Below are positions 12,617 through 24,838 of a stretch of 64,000 bases of DNA, one piece after another (positions within the stretch are counted from its first letter, which is position 1; every line of letters begins with the position of its first letter). The stretch is from Minutocellus sp. GHC0000111 (taxonomy: Eukaryota): the NCBI GenBank assembly GCA_977018835.1, contig OZ361260.1, forward strand, positions 3,534,001-3,598,000, given 5' to 3'. A program made the position numbers and the translations under genes. Under the pieces are notes generated by a model. It did not search any database and was not told the DNA's origin. It worked only from the letters and a program-made list of their open reading frames with translations.

Positions 12617-12912
12617 GACCTACGTGATGCATCTTTTCCACCCGTGCTCGCCCCATTTCGGTTCACACCTCACACCGGTTTGTCTTGGGTTCTCACTCGT
12701 CACGCAAGAAAACCGACACATCTTCAATCGGCCAAAACGACCGTTTCTTTCGACAACATTGGAACGACGATCCAATCCCTTCCCCGAAAGTCCTGACCAG
12801 ATCGACCCATCCAATCGATCACACTTCTCTGGATCGAACCTTATGTCGATCACACACGTCTCGCAGCAAAACACCGCCGTGCTGCCTGTCTTTCGCTGAC
12901 TGAAACACCAGC

Positions 12913-14199
12913 ATGAATCCCGACGCAGTTTTTGGCCAACCTCTCGGCGCAGCGCCGATTCTCCCCACCAAGTTAATCACACGCATGAATGACCCAGGAC
13001 AACCTCCCCAACGCGAGCGTGTTGCCAAAGCGCTCAAGGAACTTCAACAAGCGGCGGCCAGCATTCCAGCAGAGGGGGCACAATGACCACAACCTCGGCC
13101 ATTTGGGCCTCGTCGTCAGCGATGCCGAACACACCACCAAAAGCAACGGCCGACCACATGTGCCTCCGGCAAATGCTGGCCCCAGCCCCACCATTCCCGC
13201 CGTGGCCAATCTAGACCAACGCGATCGTGCAATCCGGGGATGTTACATCGAAAAGAGGGCCACTACAACTTGTACGAGCAAGTCAACACGGCGCTCAAGA
13301 ATCTCCTCCTCGACTCGATCGACGCCGTCTACATCAATCATCTCGAAGATGACATGCTCGGTTTCCAGCCAGTCACCATCCGCCAAATCATCGACAGCAT
13401 TACCGATCGCTACTTGAAATTCAACGAGACTCAGAAGGAGGAATTAGAGAAGCAGCTCGAGAAGCAGCACGACGGGGGACCCATCGACACCCACATCGCC
13501 ATATTCAACAAAGTCTTCAAGGCGTTTGAAACGGCCGGCGAACCCTTCACCAACAAGCAGAAGGTCTCCAAGTTCTACCGCTCCGTGCGCAGGTTCTCAT
13601 TGGCAAAGAAGGCATGCGAGGACTGGGACGACAGACCGGAGGCCGAACGCACGTGGGCCAACATGCAGTCGGACTTCCGCGATTGGTGTGATAAGAAGAC
13701 GGCCAACACCACCACCGAAGCGGCAGGATATCATGGCGCGAATTTGGCCTCATCGGCCTCGGACGATCCATTTCTTTCTCGAGCCGATCTCCTTTTGGCT
13801 GACACCACCGAAGCCCTCAAGACCAACCAAGCCATGATGGCGAACCTCGCCAAAAAGAGCAACGAGAAGGATGATGCCATTGCCAAACTTCGCCAAGAAA
13901 TAGCTTCACTCAAGGCCGAGATTCGCGTTCTGCGTGAGGGACGCAACCATGCTGGTGGCAGTGGAGGCTACCGCGGCGGTGGCCAGCAGAACGGCGCCGG
14001 CCACTTCCCAGGCCAAGGTCCTAACCTCAACCGCCAGGAGAAGCGGGAACTGCAGTCGATCCTCCCCAGAGGCCATCATTGCCACACGTGCGGCTATTCG
14101 TCCAACCACCCCAGCTTTGAATGCACTTGCAAAGGGCCCAACCACGTTGATAACGCCACCAAGTGCAATCCTTGCGGTGGTAGCTCGCGTCGTAACTGA
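12913..14199 (+). pseudogene. gag: gag (frameshifted near 13070 and 13255)
   Basis: GHLGLV motif and C-terminal CHTCGYSSNHPSFEC zinc knuckle. Collinear with the second copy at 47928-49210. Confidence 0.85.
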
Positions 14200-17100
14200 G
14201 CGGGAGGGACGGTGGACATTAATCAGCATAAAATTGAGGACAGCATGTCTGAATCCACCTCCTCCCCGCCTTCGTTAGCTTTTCTTACGTCAAAAAGCAA
14301 ACCTCCAACTCAAGAGCCAATCGTCCTCGCAGCAGATGCTGGAACGACGGGACATTTTGTCCAGAAGCCCCAACACCTATCGCACGATGGCCCTGTTTTC
14401 AACGTCCAACAGACAGCAATTCCTATCAGCGTCACCCTTCCGGACAACAGCACAATGACGAACACCCACGAGGCCACGCTTCGCCTCCCTGGGGTTTCCC
14501 CATCGGCTAGCAAGGCCCATGTTTTCAATGACATGACATCATCGCTCCTATCGATTGGGCAGCTTTGTGACGATGGATGTGTTGCCACTTTCGACAAGGA
14601 TTCGGCAGTCATCGCCAAGGACAATGCCGTCATTTTGCAAGGTAAACGAGACCCCTCAACGAAATTGTGGATGGTAGATCTTAATTGCTCGCCCACCATG
14701 TCGCCGCTCCCCGGCCCCAACGTCATCCAACATGCTGCCAACGCCGCAATTGCCCAGGAGACGGTTCCGGAACGTGTAGCCTTTTTACATTGGTGCGCTG
14801 GCAGTCCTCAGCTATCTACCTGGTGCAAAGCAATCGATGCGGGATTTTATAGATCTTGGCCAGGCCTCACATCAAAGCTTGTACGTAAGCACATGCCACA
14901 GTCGACACCGATGATTAAAGGTCACTTAGACCAGCAGCGCAAGAACATCAGGTCGACCAAGCCCAAACGGTCGATGGCTGCGCCAAAATCTCTCCCTGGG
15001 GTGGACGAAACCGAGCAGGATCTCCACCCGGCACAACACCAACAGCGCACCAACTATGTCTTTGCTGATTGTCATGACATAACGGGCCAGATCTTCTCAG
15101 ATCAGCCCGGCCGTTTCTTGGTGTCGTCTATTTCTGGCCACCAGCACATGACAATGGTCATATATGACTATGACTCCAACAGCATCTTGGCCGAACCAAT
15201 GAAAAGCCGATCGGGAACGGAAATGCGCCGAGCGCATTTAACTATTTTCGAATACCTCTCCAAGCGAGGATTTCGCCCAAAATTGCAACGATTGGACAAT
15301 GAAGTGAGTCGAGAGCTGAAGGAGTTCATGATGGAAGAAAAGGATGTAGATTTTCAATTGACCCCAACGCACTCCCACCGCCGAAATGCGGCCGAACGAG
15401 CCATTCGAACCTTTATGAATCACTTCATTGCGATTCTCTGTGGTGCCGATCCCGACTTTCCCCTCATCTTGTGGGATAAATTGCTGGAGCAGGCGGTAAT
15501 GACCCTCAATTTCCTGAGAGCATCCCGAGTCAACCCTCGACTATCAGCGTACGAGCAACTCAATGGCGGCTTTGATTTCAATCGCACGCCTCTCGGCCCC
15601 CTCGGATGCAAGGTCATCTTTCACGAGATGCCCTCGGCACGCGGCTCTTGGTCCCCGCATGGCGTTGATGGGTGCTATGTCGGTCCAGCCATGGAACACT
15701 GCCGGTGTTACAAGGTTTGGATTGAGGAAACTCGGGCGGAACTCACTGGTAACACACTCGTCTGGCTCCCCAAAATGATTCCGGTACCCAAAACGTCGTC
15801 GGCCGATGCAGCAACAGTCGCAGCTCATGAACTCCTGCACGCTCTACAGAATCCACATCCAGCGGCACCCCTTGCTCCCCTTCGAGACGAGCATCGTCAA
15901 GCTTTAGAAAAGCTCTCCGAGATTTTCAACAGCGTGACCCCAGCAGAATCTGCCACCTCCGCCTCTGATGAGACGATGCAGACAACCGCAGCTCCGAGGG
16001 TGCTGGAGAACGATGACGACTCCCAACGATTCCGCCTCGGCACCATCGTCGCCAAAGTGTTTGGAGATCGCAATTACAAGGGTAGAGTCGTTGCATTTGA
16101 CAAGAAGTGTAAGTGCTACAAAATCAAATGCGAGGACGACGACGTAGAAGAGATGAACGAGACTGAAGTAGGCCGTCACCTTGTCTCCAACCCCAACGCT
16201 CCGTTACCTCAGCCCCAGCAACCTCCGAGGGTGGCAAAATCCTCCACATATGATGCAGCCACCACTAAAACCCGTCGATCACGTCGATCCAACGCGCCAC
16301 CTCGCTCGTCAGTTTCTTCCAACTACTACAATCCTTTGGCTGCAGCAGACGAGCCCAACGGCGACGATGATGATGATCATGACGACGATGCAACCGTCGT
16401 AACATCCAATCAAAGTTCCAATGCCCCCACCTCCCGTCGGCAACGTAAACGCAAGTCTCCAACGATCGATACCAACCACACTCCAACATTACCAGCTCCA
16501 GCAAAATCGACAAGCAAGTCCAAACCATCGACCGCCATTCACCTCGACGATGATCATGCCGTCAGCGAGGGTGCATTCCACATCGGAACCCTCCCCCACG
16601 GCCATCATCTCGTCGTAGCACCCGCCACGTGGCCAACATGGCAGCTTTCTCGCCTTTACCAAACCTCCAACACTTTGCTAACGCCGTCGTCCATCCCGAT
16701 GCTGGTGCAATGCTTGAATACCGCGACCTCCTCAAAACGAACATGAGGGACCAATTCATTCAAGCAAACATCGATGAAATTGGACGGCTAACGGACGGCC
16801 GAGTTGGAAACAGTGCTAGCACTCCCTCCAACACAATGGCTTTCGTCCACTGGTCCGAACTGCCTCGGGGGAAAAAGCCACATGCCTCCGCATTGTCGCC
16901 GACTATCGCTCCCACAAACCAAATCCCAATCGAGTTCGATGGACTGCAGGAGGCGACAAAATTCATTACCCTGGTACAGTCTCGACCCCGACCGCTGAAA
17001 TGTTGACGACTGCAAAGTTACTTTTCAACAGCGTCATCTCTACAGACAAAGCTCGTTTCATGGGAATTGATGATGTCAGTGACTTCTATCTCAACAGCAC

Positions 17101-18408
17101 CATGCCAGAGCCAGAATGGATGTGGGCGCCAGTAGCTCTCATCCCCGACGAAGTCATGGAAGCCTACGACCTCCACGACAAAGTAAAGAATGGTCGAGCA
17201 TTGGTCAGAATCGATGGCGGAATGTGTGGATTACCCCAGGCAGGGCGCCTAGCCTGCGATCAACTTGTCAAGCATCTCAAACCCCATGGCTATTTCCCTT
17301 GCAAGCGCACTGCCGGCCTTTGTGGAGGCACAAAACCCGCCCAATTACCTTTTGCCTAACCGTTGACGATTTTGGAGTAAAGCATGTCGGGAAAGAGCAT
17401 GCAGACCATCTCATTCAGGCCCTCAACTCCAAGCACAAGATCACCACCGATTGGGAAGGCCGACTTTATTGTGGTGTTCAACTCGAGTGGAACTACGAGG
17501 CCAAATGGGTGGATCTGTCCATGCCTAACTACGTCAAGGAGATGCGCCACAAGTTCCAACACGACCGCCCCTCACGGCCCGAGCATGCGCCATGTCGATG
17601 GAATCGTCCGACGCATGGCCCGGGACCCCAGCTGCCAGAACCGGAAGACGACTCACCACCACTCGACGCCAAAGGCATCAACGAAATTCAACAGGTGGTG
17701 GGCAGCTCCTTGCACTATGGTCGAGCAATTGATTCAACAATTTTACCGGCGCTCAACAGCATCTCAGCGGAACAATCCAAAGCTACCGAGCGCACTCGAC
17801 AAGATGCCAAGAAGCTTCTAGATTACCTTGCAACCCATCCCGACGCAGTCATTCGATGCGTCAAGTCAGACATGATCCCACATGCACATGGCGACGCCTC
17901 CCACTTGTCAGCCCCCCGAAATCAAGAAGCAAGCTCGGAGGGTGCTTCTACCTAAGCTCCCGACCTAAGCACCCGCACCGCCAGCCTGACTCAAGTGATC
18001 CCATGCCACCAATGAATGGAGCCATCCTCGTCAATGCCAATGTCATCAAGCATGCAATGTCCTCAGCCGCTGAAGCCGAATTGGGAGGACCATTTTTCAA
18101 CATGAAAGATGCAGCACCAATCCGGGCAGCAGCACTAGAAGAAATGGGTCACCCGCAGCCCCCTACTGCCATCGTCATTGACAACTCTACAGCATCTGGA
18201 ATCGCCAATAAAACCGTCAAGCAAAGACGGTCTAAGGCTGTGGACATGAGATTCTGCTGGGTCCAAGATAGCATGGAGCAACGACAATTCCAGGTGCACT
18301 GACTGGCGGAAAGGAGCGCAAAATTTGGCCGATTATTTTACAAAGCACCATCCCGCCCGCTACCATGTCGACATGCGACCAGTCTACTTACATGTAGATT
18401 CCAATTAG
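14200..18408 (+). pseudogene. pol: pol: protease, integrase, Tudor-like domain, reverse transcriptase, RNase H; several frameshifts
   Basis: Protease D(A/T)GTTGHF. Integrase DQPGRF, RLDNE and NAAERAIRTF. RT DFYLN, GLPQAG and VDDFG. RNase H SSAAEAELG and KAVDMRF. Confidence 0.93.
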
Positions 18409-18456
18409 GACTCTACATGTAGATTCAATGGCACCAGTCATTGATCTGCGAGGGTG

Positions 18457-18654
18457 TGTTGACACCGTGGGATACGTACGTACGTATACATACGTACAGT
18501 ACGTACGGTGATCAGACCACTGACTCAGTGCCCTCTCCTGACCGTTGATCCACATGGGCCAACGACATCTCCGATGGCCCATTTTTCATCTACGTAGGTC
18601 CTATTAACCTCTACTAGCTATATCTATCTAGCTTAGCTTTAGGACCTCTTAGCA
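18457..18654 (+). repeat. 3' LTR (198 bp)
   Basis: Direct repeat of the 5' LTR with about 4 substitutions and a 2-bp insertion. Confidence 0.97.
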
Positions 18655-20222
18655 GCAGCAACGGCATTGACAATGGCGGCGGCAGCAGCAGCAGTCGAGA
18701 GACACGTCATCATCGTCGCGAGACGAAAACCGCCAACTTCGCGAACGCAGCGATGGCAAAGGGAGTCACACGAGGCGTTTTTCTTATCGGGAGACCATTC
18801 TGTTTTTGATCCCTGTTTATTGCGCCGCCAAATGCGGTGTTCGACGCCCTCAACAGAAGAGAGTGCGCCTTCCTGCCCGTGCGTTGCTTGCCCATGGCTC
18901 AAAAAGTGGAGCAGGCACTGCTCGGAGGAACCAAACCCCTGTCAACATCCATCTGTCCAAACAAATCCCGATTCCAAGATTGAAAAGCGAGAATGACATT
19001 TGCAAAGTGTGGCTTGCGATGCATCGGCATGATCGGCCAGTCGAGACACGTCGATTGCCGGCATTTTCGTGGCGTTGTTCAAAACGCGATCAGCCGAAAA
19101 TCAGCCGTTTCCGGGTGCCTTTTGGCATTCAGCTCAGCTAGCTAGCTAGCTAGCTAGCTACGCAGGATTTTCACACTCGCTCCTTCACGAAGAGCTCCAG
19201 CAGCGTGCAATGCAGACTGTCGCTGGCTACATGTAGAGGTGTGTCCATCTTTGTGCGCCCTTCTTGGATTGATTCCTAAACAAGGTTAACCATGGAACAG
19301 AACAGAGTGCAGAGAGGCAGGTGTCCATCAGTGGCGAGCAATGAGAGATCTCAAGTGTTGTAGCGGTGCGCGCGCAGTCCTGTCGTTTCGGCGGCTGGCT
19401 CAGCGACACGCCTGAGGCAGGTGTTGCACCTCACCCACCAAACGAGTTCTTCCTCCGTCTTGGCATCCCTCTTCGACAGTGCTCCCCTGTTCGTGAGCTA
19501 GCTTGCTTGCTCTGTTGCTGCCACCACCACCACTGAGCTTCAACCAACCAATGCGAGGTGCTCTCTCTCTTGTCTTGGTGCGCGTGCCAAAAGGTTTTCT
19601 AGAGCAGAGCTAGCTCTAGCTAGCTACGTACATGCAGCTGTGCTAGGTCCTGGTCTGCTAGTAGCTCAGCAGCATCCACCCGCCGCGTGCCTCTGCTCTC
19701 GGCCGCCATGGTGATGGCCCGCGCCATGCCGATGCGGCAATTAGCTGGCAACAAATTGCTGCGGACATGATGGGGGAGAAAAATGTCATGACCACACTGG
19801 GAAAAAAAGTGAAAAAAAAATGTTGAAGCGACAGTCACAATCCCGCTGAATTTGGTTGAAGTTCGACTATTCAATGACGTGTTTGCACGTGTCGAGTGTC
19901 ACGCATTCAACATTTATGGCATGAGAATTGCCACGTCGCAATCGTCCTTCCCCAATAAGTAATCTCGTGCTCCCATCTCTTCAAAGAATCCGAATGACAC
20001 GTCAAACCGGTGAAGCGGGAAAACAATCCCACACAACACGATCACATCGAGGCGTCAGCGCGAAGGGTGCACAAGATGCCACACAGCGTCGGCACTCCGC
20101 TTTACCGTCGCTGCTACTGTGCTCCATTACATCCACAGACCGACTCCACCAAAGCACTCTGTGTCATTCATCATCGCATCGCAATCTACGTGCAAGCGAC
20201 CAGACCAGCTACGACATTCACC

Positions 20223-21284
20223 ATGAACGTGAACATCTTAGAATTCAATCACCAGGGGATTCAGGGGAAGCGTTTTATTGACGACTTTACGTACCTCAGC
20301 AAGGTCACGAACTCCAGTGGCAACCTTGAAGTGTCAACCTCTCCTTCACTCTCTCTCCCTGATGATCAGAAGCCCAAAGGTGCGCCCAAGGGCAAGAACC
20401 TGGGCAAGATTAAGGGCAAGAGCGCCGGAAAGGACAAGCCCAAGCGCCGTCGCAATCTCTCTGGATATAATTTCTACATGAAGTATCATCGCACTGTCAC
20501 CGTATCGCCGGGAATGACGCTCGACATCCTCAACGACAGTCTCACCCACGAAGAGAAGCTCAAACACGTCCTCGAAGTCCTCGAGCGCGACCCGTGCCGC
20601 CTCCAGAGCGGACAGAAGAGACGTCATCGCAAGTCTCAAGGGGCCATTGGCTTCAAGGAGCTCACCATCCAGGTCGCCAGCTCCTGGAGGACTTTAGATG
20701 TGAGCGCCAAGAGCGTCTTCGAGGACATTGCCAGGCAGGCCAAGCATCAGACGCAGGAGAATGACTCCTCGTCGGAAAGCCGCCGTTCATCCTTTGAAAT
20801 TCAACCTGCAGCACAAGGATCGAACGTGCATGCTGTCCTCGAGGAGGCCCTTTTCTCTACCGGCACTACCAGCACTGGTAGCATGCCAAGCCTCGTTCAC
20901 TTCCAGAGCGACGGGACCACCTCCTCGGTCGCCACTGCCGGCACTGGCAGCACCGGGTTTGCCGCCGCACCACCACCATCTTCACTGCAGCAACCGATCA
21001 TCGGTGAAAACCTGAGTGCACCGGCGTTGATCGACGCCAATGCGACCACCAACCCCGTCGGATCGTCCTACCTGTGCGGCGATCTCTTCGAGCCTGCACC
21101 TCTCACAGTTACTTCGCAAGTGCCGGCAGTTCCGAGTGCATCTTTTTCGTTGAACGCAAGTTACAATTCCTTCAGCACGTTAGAACCAAGCCAGGAAGTA
21201 CATCCCAACAACAACAGCAGCAGTAGCAGCAACAACAACGAGCTAGCTTCCTTCCTCTCCAGGCTAGACTGGTCTCAACTCTGA
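20223..21284 (+). CDS. HMG-box protein (diatom-type, with insertion in the box)
   Basis: KPKRRRNLSGYNFYMK...RRHRKSQGAIGFKELTIQVASSWRTLD..KSVFEDIA. Confidence 0.85.
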   Translation: MNVNILEFNHQGIQGKRFIDDFTYLSKVTNSSGNLEVSTSPSLSLPDDQKPKGAPKGKNLGKIKGKSAGKDKPKRRRNLSGYNFYMKYHRTVTVSPGMTLDILNDSLTHEEKLKHVLEVLERDPCRLQSGQKRRHRKSQGAIGFKELTIQVASSWRTLDVSAKSVFEDIARQAKHQTQENDSSSESRRSSFEIQPAAQGSNVHAVLEEALFSTGTTSTGSMPSLVHFQSDGTTSSVATAGTGSTGFAAAPPPSSLQQPIIGENLSAPALIDANATTNPVGSSYLCGDLFEPAPLTVTSQVPAVPSASFSLNASYNSFSTLEPSQEVHPNNNSSSSSNNNELASFLSRLDWSQL

Positions 21285-21483
21285 GAGAGTTCACGACTTG
21301 CAACGACTTCCTGTTTCCATGTCATGCAGATGTCTAGATCTTGGTCTACGAAGATCTACATATAAGGCATGGTGGCATGCACATAAAATTAAGCGATGCA
21401 AGCGCAAATGTAGATTCTACATGTGTAGACGTCTTTAACATATTTGTATGTACACACATGATTGTACATGTAGTCTTTGTAGA

Positions 21484-22963
21484 GAGCGTTTCCACGAGAC
21501 CGCCGACAAAATGCTCGAAAATTGTAAGGCACTAGAAAAACTTTTTGTGCGACAATTTATGCAGTACAAAAAATGAAGCCACTAACTAGCCTCACTCAAC
21601 ACGACGAAAGCAAGGGAGAATTCATCTCCACAAGAAGGCCACCAAATGATGATATTACGATAAATTGCTCCAATCCAACCTATGCATGCGCCAACTACAT
21701 ATATTAGGTGAGCATTGAATACTTGAAAGCACACCCATTCGTACATCATGTGCTATTTTAGCAATATCTCCTCAGACCAATGAAATCTCAAATATTTAAC
21801 CCCTCAAAATGGCAAAGAACATCAGCTGGCGCTTGTCTACACCCTTTTGCATTCCCCCTGAGCATCAATACTTCCACTTGGGTCACTCAGTAAGTGATTC
21901 GGCGCCAAGGGGTCGGTATTGGACCCCAACTTTGCGTCTTCGTGGCCGTCACTATGAAAAGAAAAAACATCCGAAACAAGCGATTCCCCAACTACAACCC
22001 CCCTCCAGCCCCAATCACTGTTCCTTCACGCAATGTCAGCACACACGATACTCCTTCTATATTACATCCATCGATCCCACGTGTTGGTTTGGCCGCTTTG
22101 CCCGGGTTCTTTCCTCTCGGGCGGCAGAAGCAATGAAGGGGCAATCTGTTGCCGACACCAGAAACAGGACGTTGGGCACATTTTTCGCGAGCAGTTGTGA
22201 TGATATGCTGTCATGGCGTGGTATGCACACATGGGCGCTGCGGCGACGGCTCAGTGCGACGGAAGGGACGCATAGACAACGAAACAGTATCAGAACCAAC
22301 TTCGGATGGGTGGTGACATGGGGGTGGTGTCGCTGCGGGGCAACATTTTTCAGCGCAGACACGGATCAACGCCCCGCTATCGCCAAGCAATCCTTCCCAG
22401 TAATATTCAGGAAGGCAACGAGGTGGCCAGAGTGTGTGCGATGGCCAGGGTGGTGCTGTACATCGGGCGAACACGGGTCCTGATGGAACGTCGGAAACTG
22501 TCGAAAAAATCGGGTCTGACGCGAATGACTTTTTCAAGCCTCAAAAAGGTAATCGCAAGTCCCCTGCTGCATCACAGTGTTGTGGAAGACTATTCCAAAG
22601 GTACGGTGCCCCGTATTCTTGTTTAGTTTCAATGGGAGGCACATCGGCAACACATCTTGTGGCACCTCTTGTTTGAGCAAATGGGTTTCGTTTTATGATG
22701 AAATTCGATAAAAAATTTTCTTTCTCTCAAGCAGCACAGCTATATCAATCCACAAAAAATAAAATTTAAGACCAAATCAAAACACTCTCTTCCGTATCTA
22801 TAAGATGTGCTAAATTAACACCCAAGATCATTGTACCAAAGTAATTTTATTGTTGATTATGGTCTACAACATCCTTCTAAGCAGTAATCAGCAATAAAAT
22901 TACTTTGGTACAATGTTTACGAAACATCGCGGAGGGGGTGTCTGCTCTCTCGTGGAAACGCTC
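21484..22963. mobile_element. Non-autonomous TIR DNA transposon, Sola-like termini (GAG...CTC, 4-bp TSD TAGA)
   Basis: GAGCGTTTCCACGAGA at 21484-21499 is inverted at 22948-22963. TAGA lies on both flanks (21480-83, 22964-67). No convincing coding region inside. Confidence 0.75.
22829..22915. repeat. 31-bp inverted repeat (1 mismatch) with a 25-nt spacer
   Basis: CATTGTACCAAAGTAATTTTATTGTTGATTA at 22829-22859 versus its reverse complement at 22885-22915. Confidence 0.9.
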
Positions 22964-23465
22964 TAGAATCTAGGGAGCAGTGCAGCAGTAGAAAGTGGAG
23001 CTACCGGTAGATCTAAAAATGTACTATAAATAACGTGCCATTGTGTTGCATTGCACTGACTCTAAATCGTACCGGTGCTGGCGAGAGGGAGGAGGAGGAG
23101 GGGGGAGGAGGAGGAAGAAAGAGTTCCGATTCATTCCACCCCGTCTGGTTGCGTCGCGTCACTGAAGTTCCCTGGTTTCTGAATGAACCCTAAGCCTTCA
23201 ACTCAGCCCTGATAGAAACACGTCGTCATTGTGAGCTTTGTGAACCAAGGGAGGTCCCTTGTGTGAATGGCCTGAAAACACCTCAACGACTGCTGCTGAT
23301 GACCTCAAATCGATGTCCCCGATTTCGCAATGGCCCAAGCATGCTCAGCCATTGACTACGCGTACCTCTGCGTTCCCTTCTGTAGCCTAGTATTTTGACT
23401 AAGCAGTATTCCATTTGCTTCTACAGGGTACGCGGTAACTTTGGCATGGCACACATAGGCCTACC

Positions 23466-24707
23466 ATGATTTCGCAAAAAGCACCGATCGCAATCCTCTT
23501 GGCCCTTGCTGGGCTTTTCATGTTGGGAGGAGATAGCGACGTGATGCTGACCGGGGAAGGCAGTGGGCGAATCCTTCAGTCCGTTGACCTTACCAGCAGA
23601 GTCGAATCCGCTGCAGGGAAGATGATACTGACCACTCCAGTACTTCCCATCACCGGACACGGACAAAGACATGCTGATTTTGTAAAGTTCCATCTGCGCT
23701 GCCTTACCTCCTTGGCATCACAGACAGCCGAAATATCTTCAATAGCCATCTATACCACCGACGAGGCAGTGCTGAAGTACATCGACGACAAGAACCTTCC
23801 CCTCCAAGCCGTGATGATAAGTCCAACCGAAGAAAAAGATTTTGGCACCCTCGTTCGAAGGATGGGGGAGCTTTGGCCGGACGCGGCATCATATACTTTC
23901 ATGAACTGCGATATCTGTCCATCAATATCAATTCTAGAGACCGTCAACCAATTCAATGCAGCGAGCTGTCCTTCCGAGAAGGATGCCTACACGAGGTGGC
24001 GATTCGCAACCACTGTGCGATGGAATGTGTACTTGAACAGATTTGACGAACCTACTGCCCAAAAAGATGCCTTAGCTCATGTTGAGAAGACACACCTTCA
24101 GAAAAGGAACAGGTATGGTTTGAGGGGAGTTGATTTCTTCGCCTGGAATAGAGAGATGTACCACGAACATATTGTGCCGAATATGCCTAGCTTTACCTTA
24201 CCACTCTTTGTCGCAGATCACTATTTGCTTCACGACGCATCGTGCAACGCACTCGTTTTAATGACCGAGCAATCTGTGCCGTCAGCCAAGCTTTATCATT
24301 TGACAACAAGTAGAGAACGTGATTGGAATCGAACAGCCGATCCATCGGCATACAATAGAAAACTTGCCGACAATGCCAGGGGTGTGGGCTGGGCAAGGGC
24401 AAGCGGAGAATGCAGCTGGGACTTTGCTCGAGACATGGGCCAAGCAATGATGGGCATTTATGGCGCAGGGGCGTGCCATTATCAAGAACCTGATGCCACT
24501 AGCAGCACTTTGGAATGCTTCGAATATGGCGTCGGTACTTGTACGGTCCCAGACGAGAAGAGAATACCTTTGCTAGCAAGATCAGAGAGCGAAGTCACCA
24601 GCATGAGCAAGCTGCCACAAGACTTTGTAGAACCGGAACTGACGCCGATAGTTGGCTCTGGGACCTTGCGTGGTCTTCCCGTGGTTGAGGTCGTAGAGGT
24701 CCAATAG
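23466..24707 (+). CDS. Secreted or type II membrane protein, possibly glycosyltransferase-like
   Basis: 413-aa ORF with an N-terminal hydrophobic segment. FMNCDI (NxD) and GVDFFAW motifs. Confidence 0.55.
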   Translation: MISQKAPIAILLALAGLFMLGGDSDVMLTGEGSGRILQSVDLTSRVESAAGKMILTTPVLPITGHGQRHADFVKFHLRCLTSLASQTAEISSIAIYTTDEAVLKYIDDKNLPLQAVMISPTEEKDFGTLVRRMGELWPDAASYTFMNCDICPSISILETVNQFNAASCPSEKDAYTRWRFATTVRWNVYLNRFDEPTAQKDALAHVEKTHLQKRNRYGLRGVDFFAWNREMYHEHIVPNMPSFTLPLFVADHYLLHDASCNALVLMTEQSVPSAKLYHLTTSRERDWNRTADPSAYNRKLADNARGVGWARASGECSWDFARDMGQAMMGIYGAGACHYQEPDATSSTLECFEYGVGTCTVPDEKRIPLLARSESEVTSMSKLPQDFVEPELTPIVGSGTLRGLPVVEVVEVQ

Positions 24708-24838
24708 CATCATGACCTATCTACCAATTTAAGTTGTGCACATACAAACATACTGGAACTATGGTTAATCGTTTGTGTATTACTTTCCCATTCCACATCC
24801 TTCTGGCCATCGCTAGCTCTAGCTACGTAGGAGGATTC

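Larger units (their letters stand above)
12421..18654 (+). mobile_element. Full-length degenerate Ty1/copia (CoDi-like) LTR retrotransposon
   Basis: Two TG...CA LTRs. TSD GCAGC at 12416-12420 and 18655-18659. PPT GCGAGGGTG at 18448-18456. Domain order gag-PR-INT-RT-RH. Confidence 0.97.

Noticed and set aside
21809..22626. ORFs inside the Sola-like element
   Set aside because: No transposase motifs and the composition is not protein-like.
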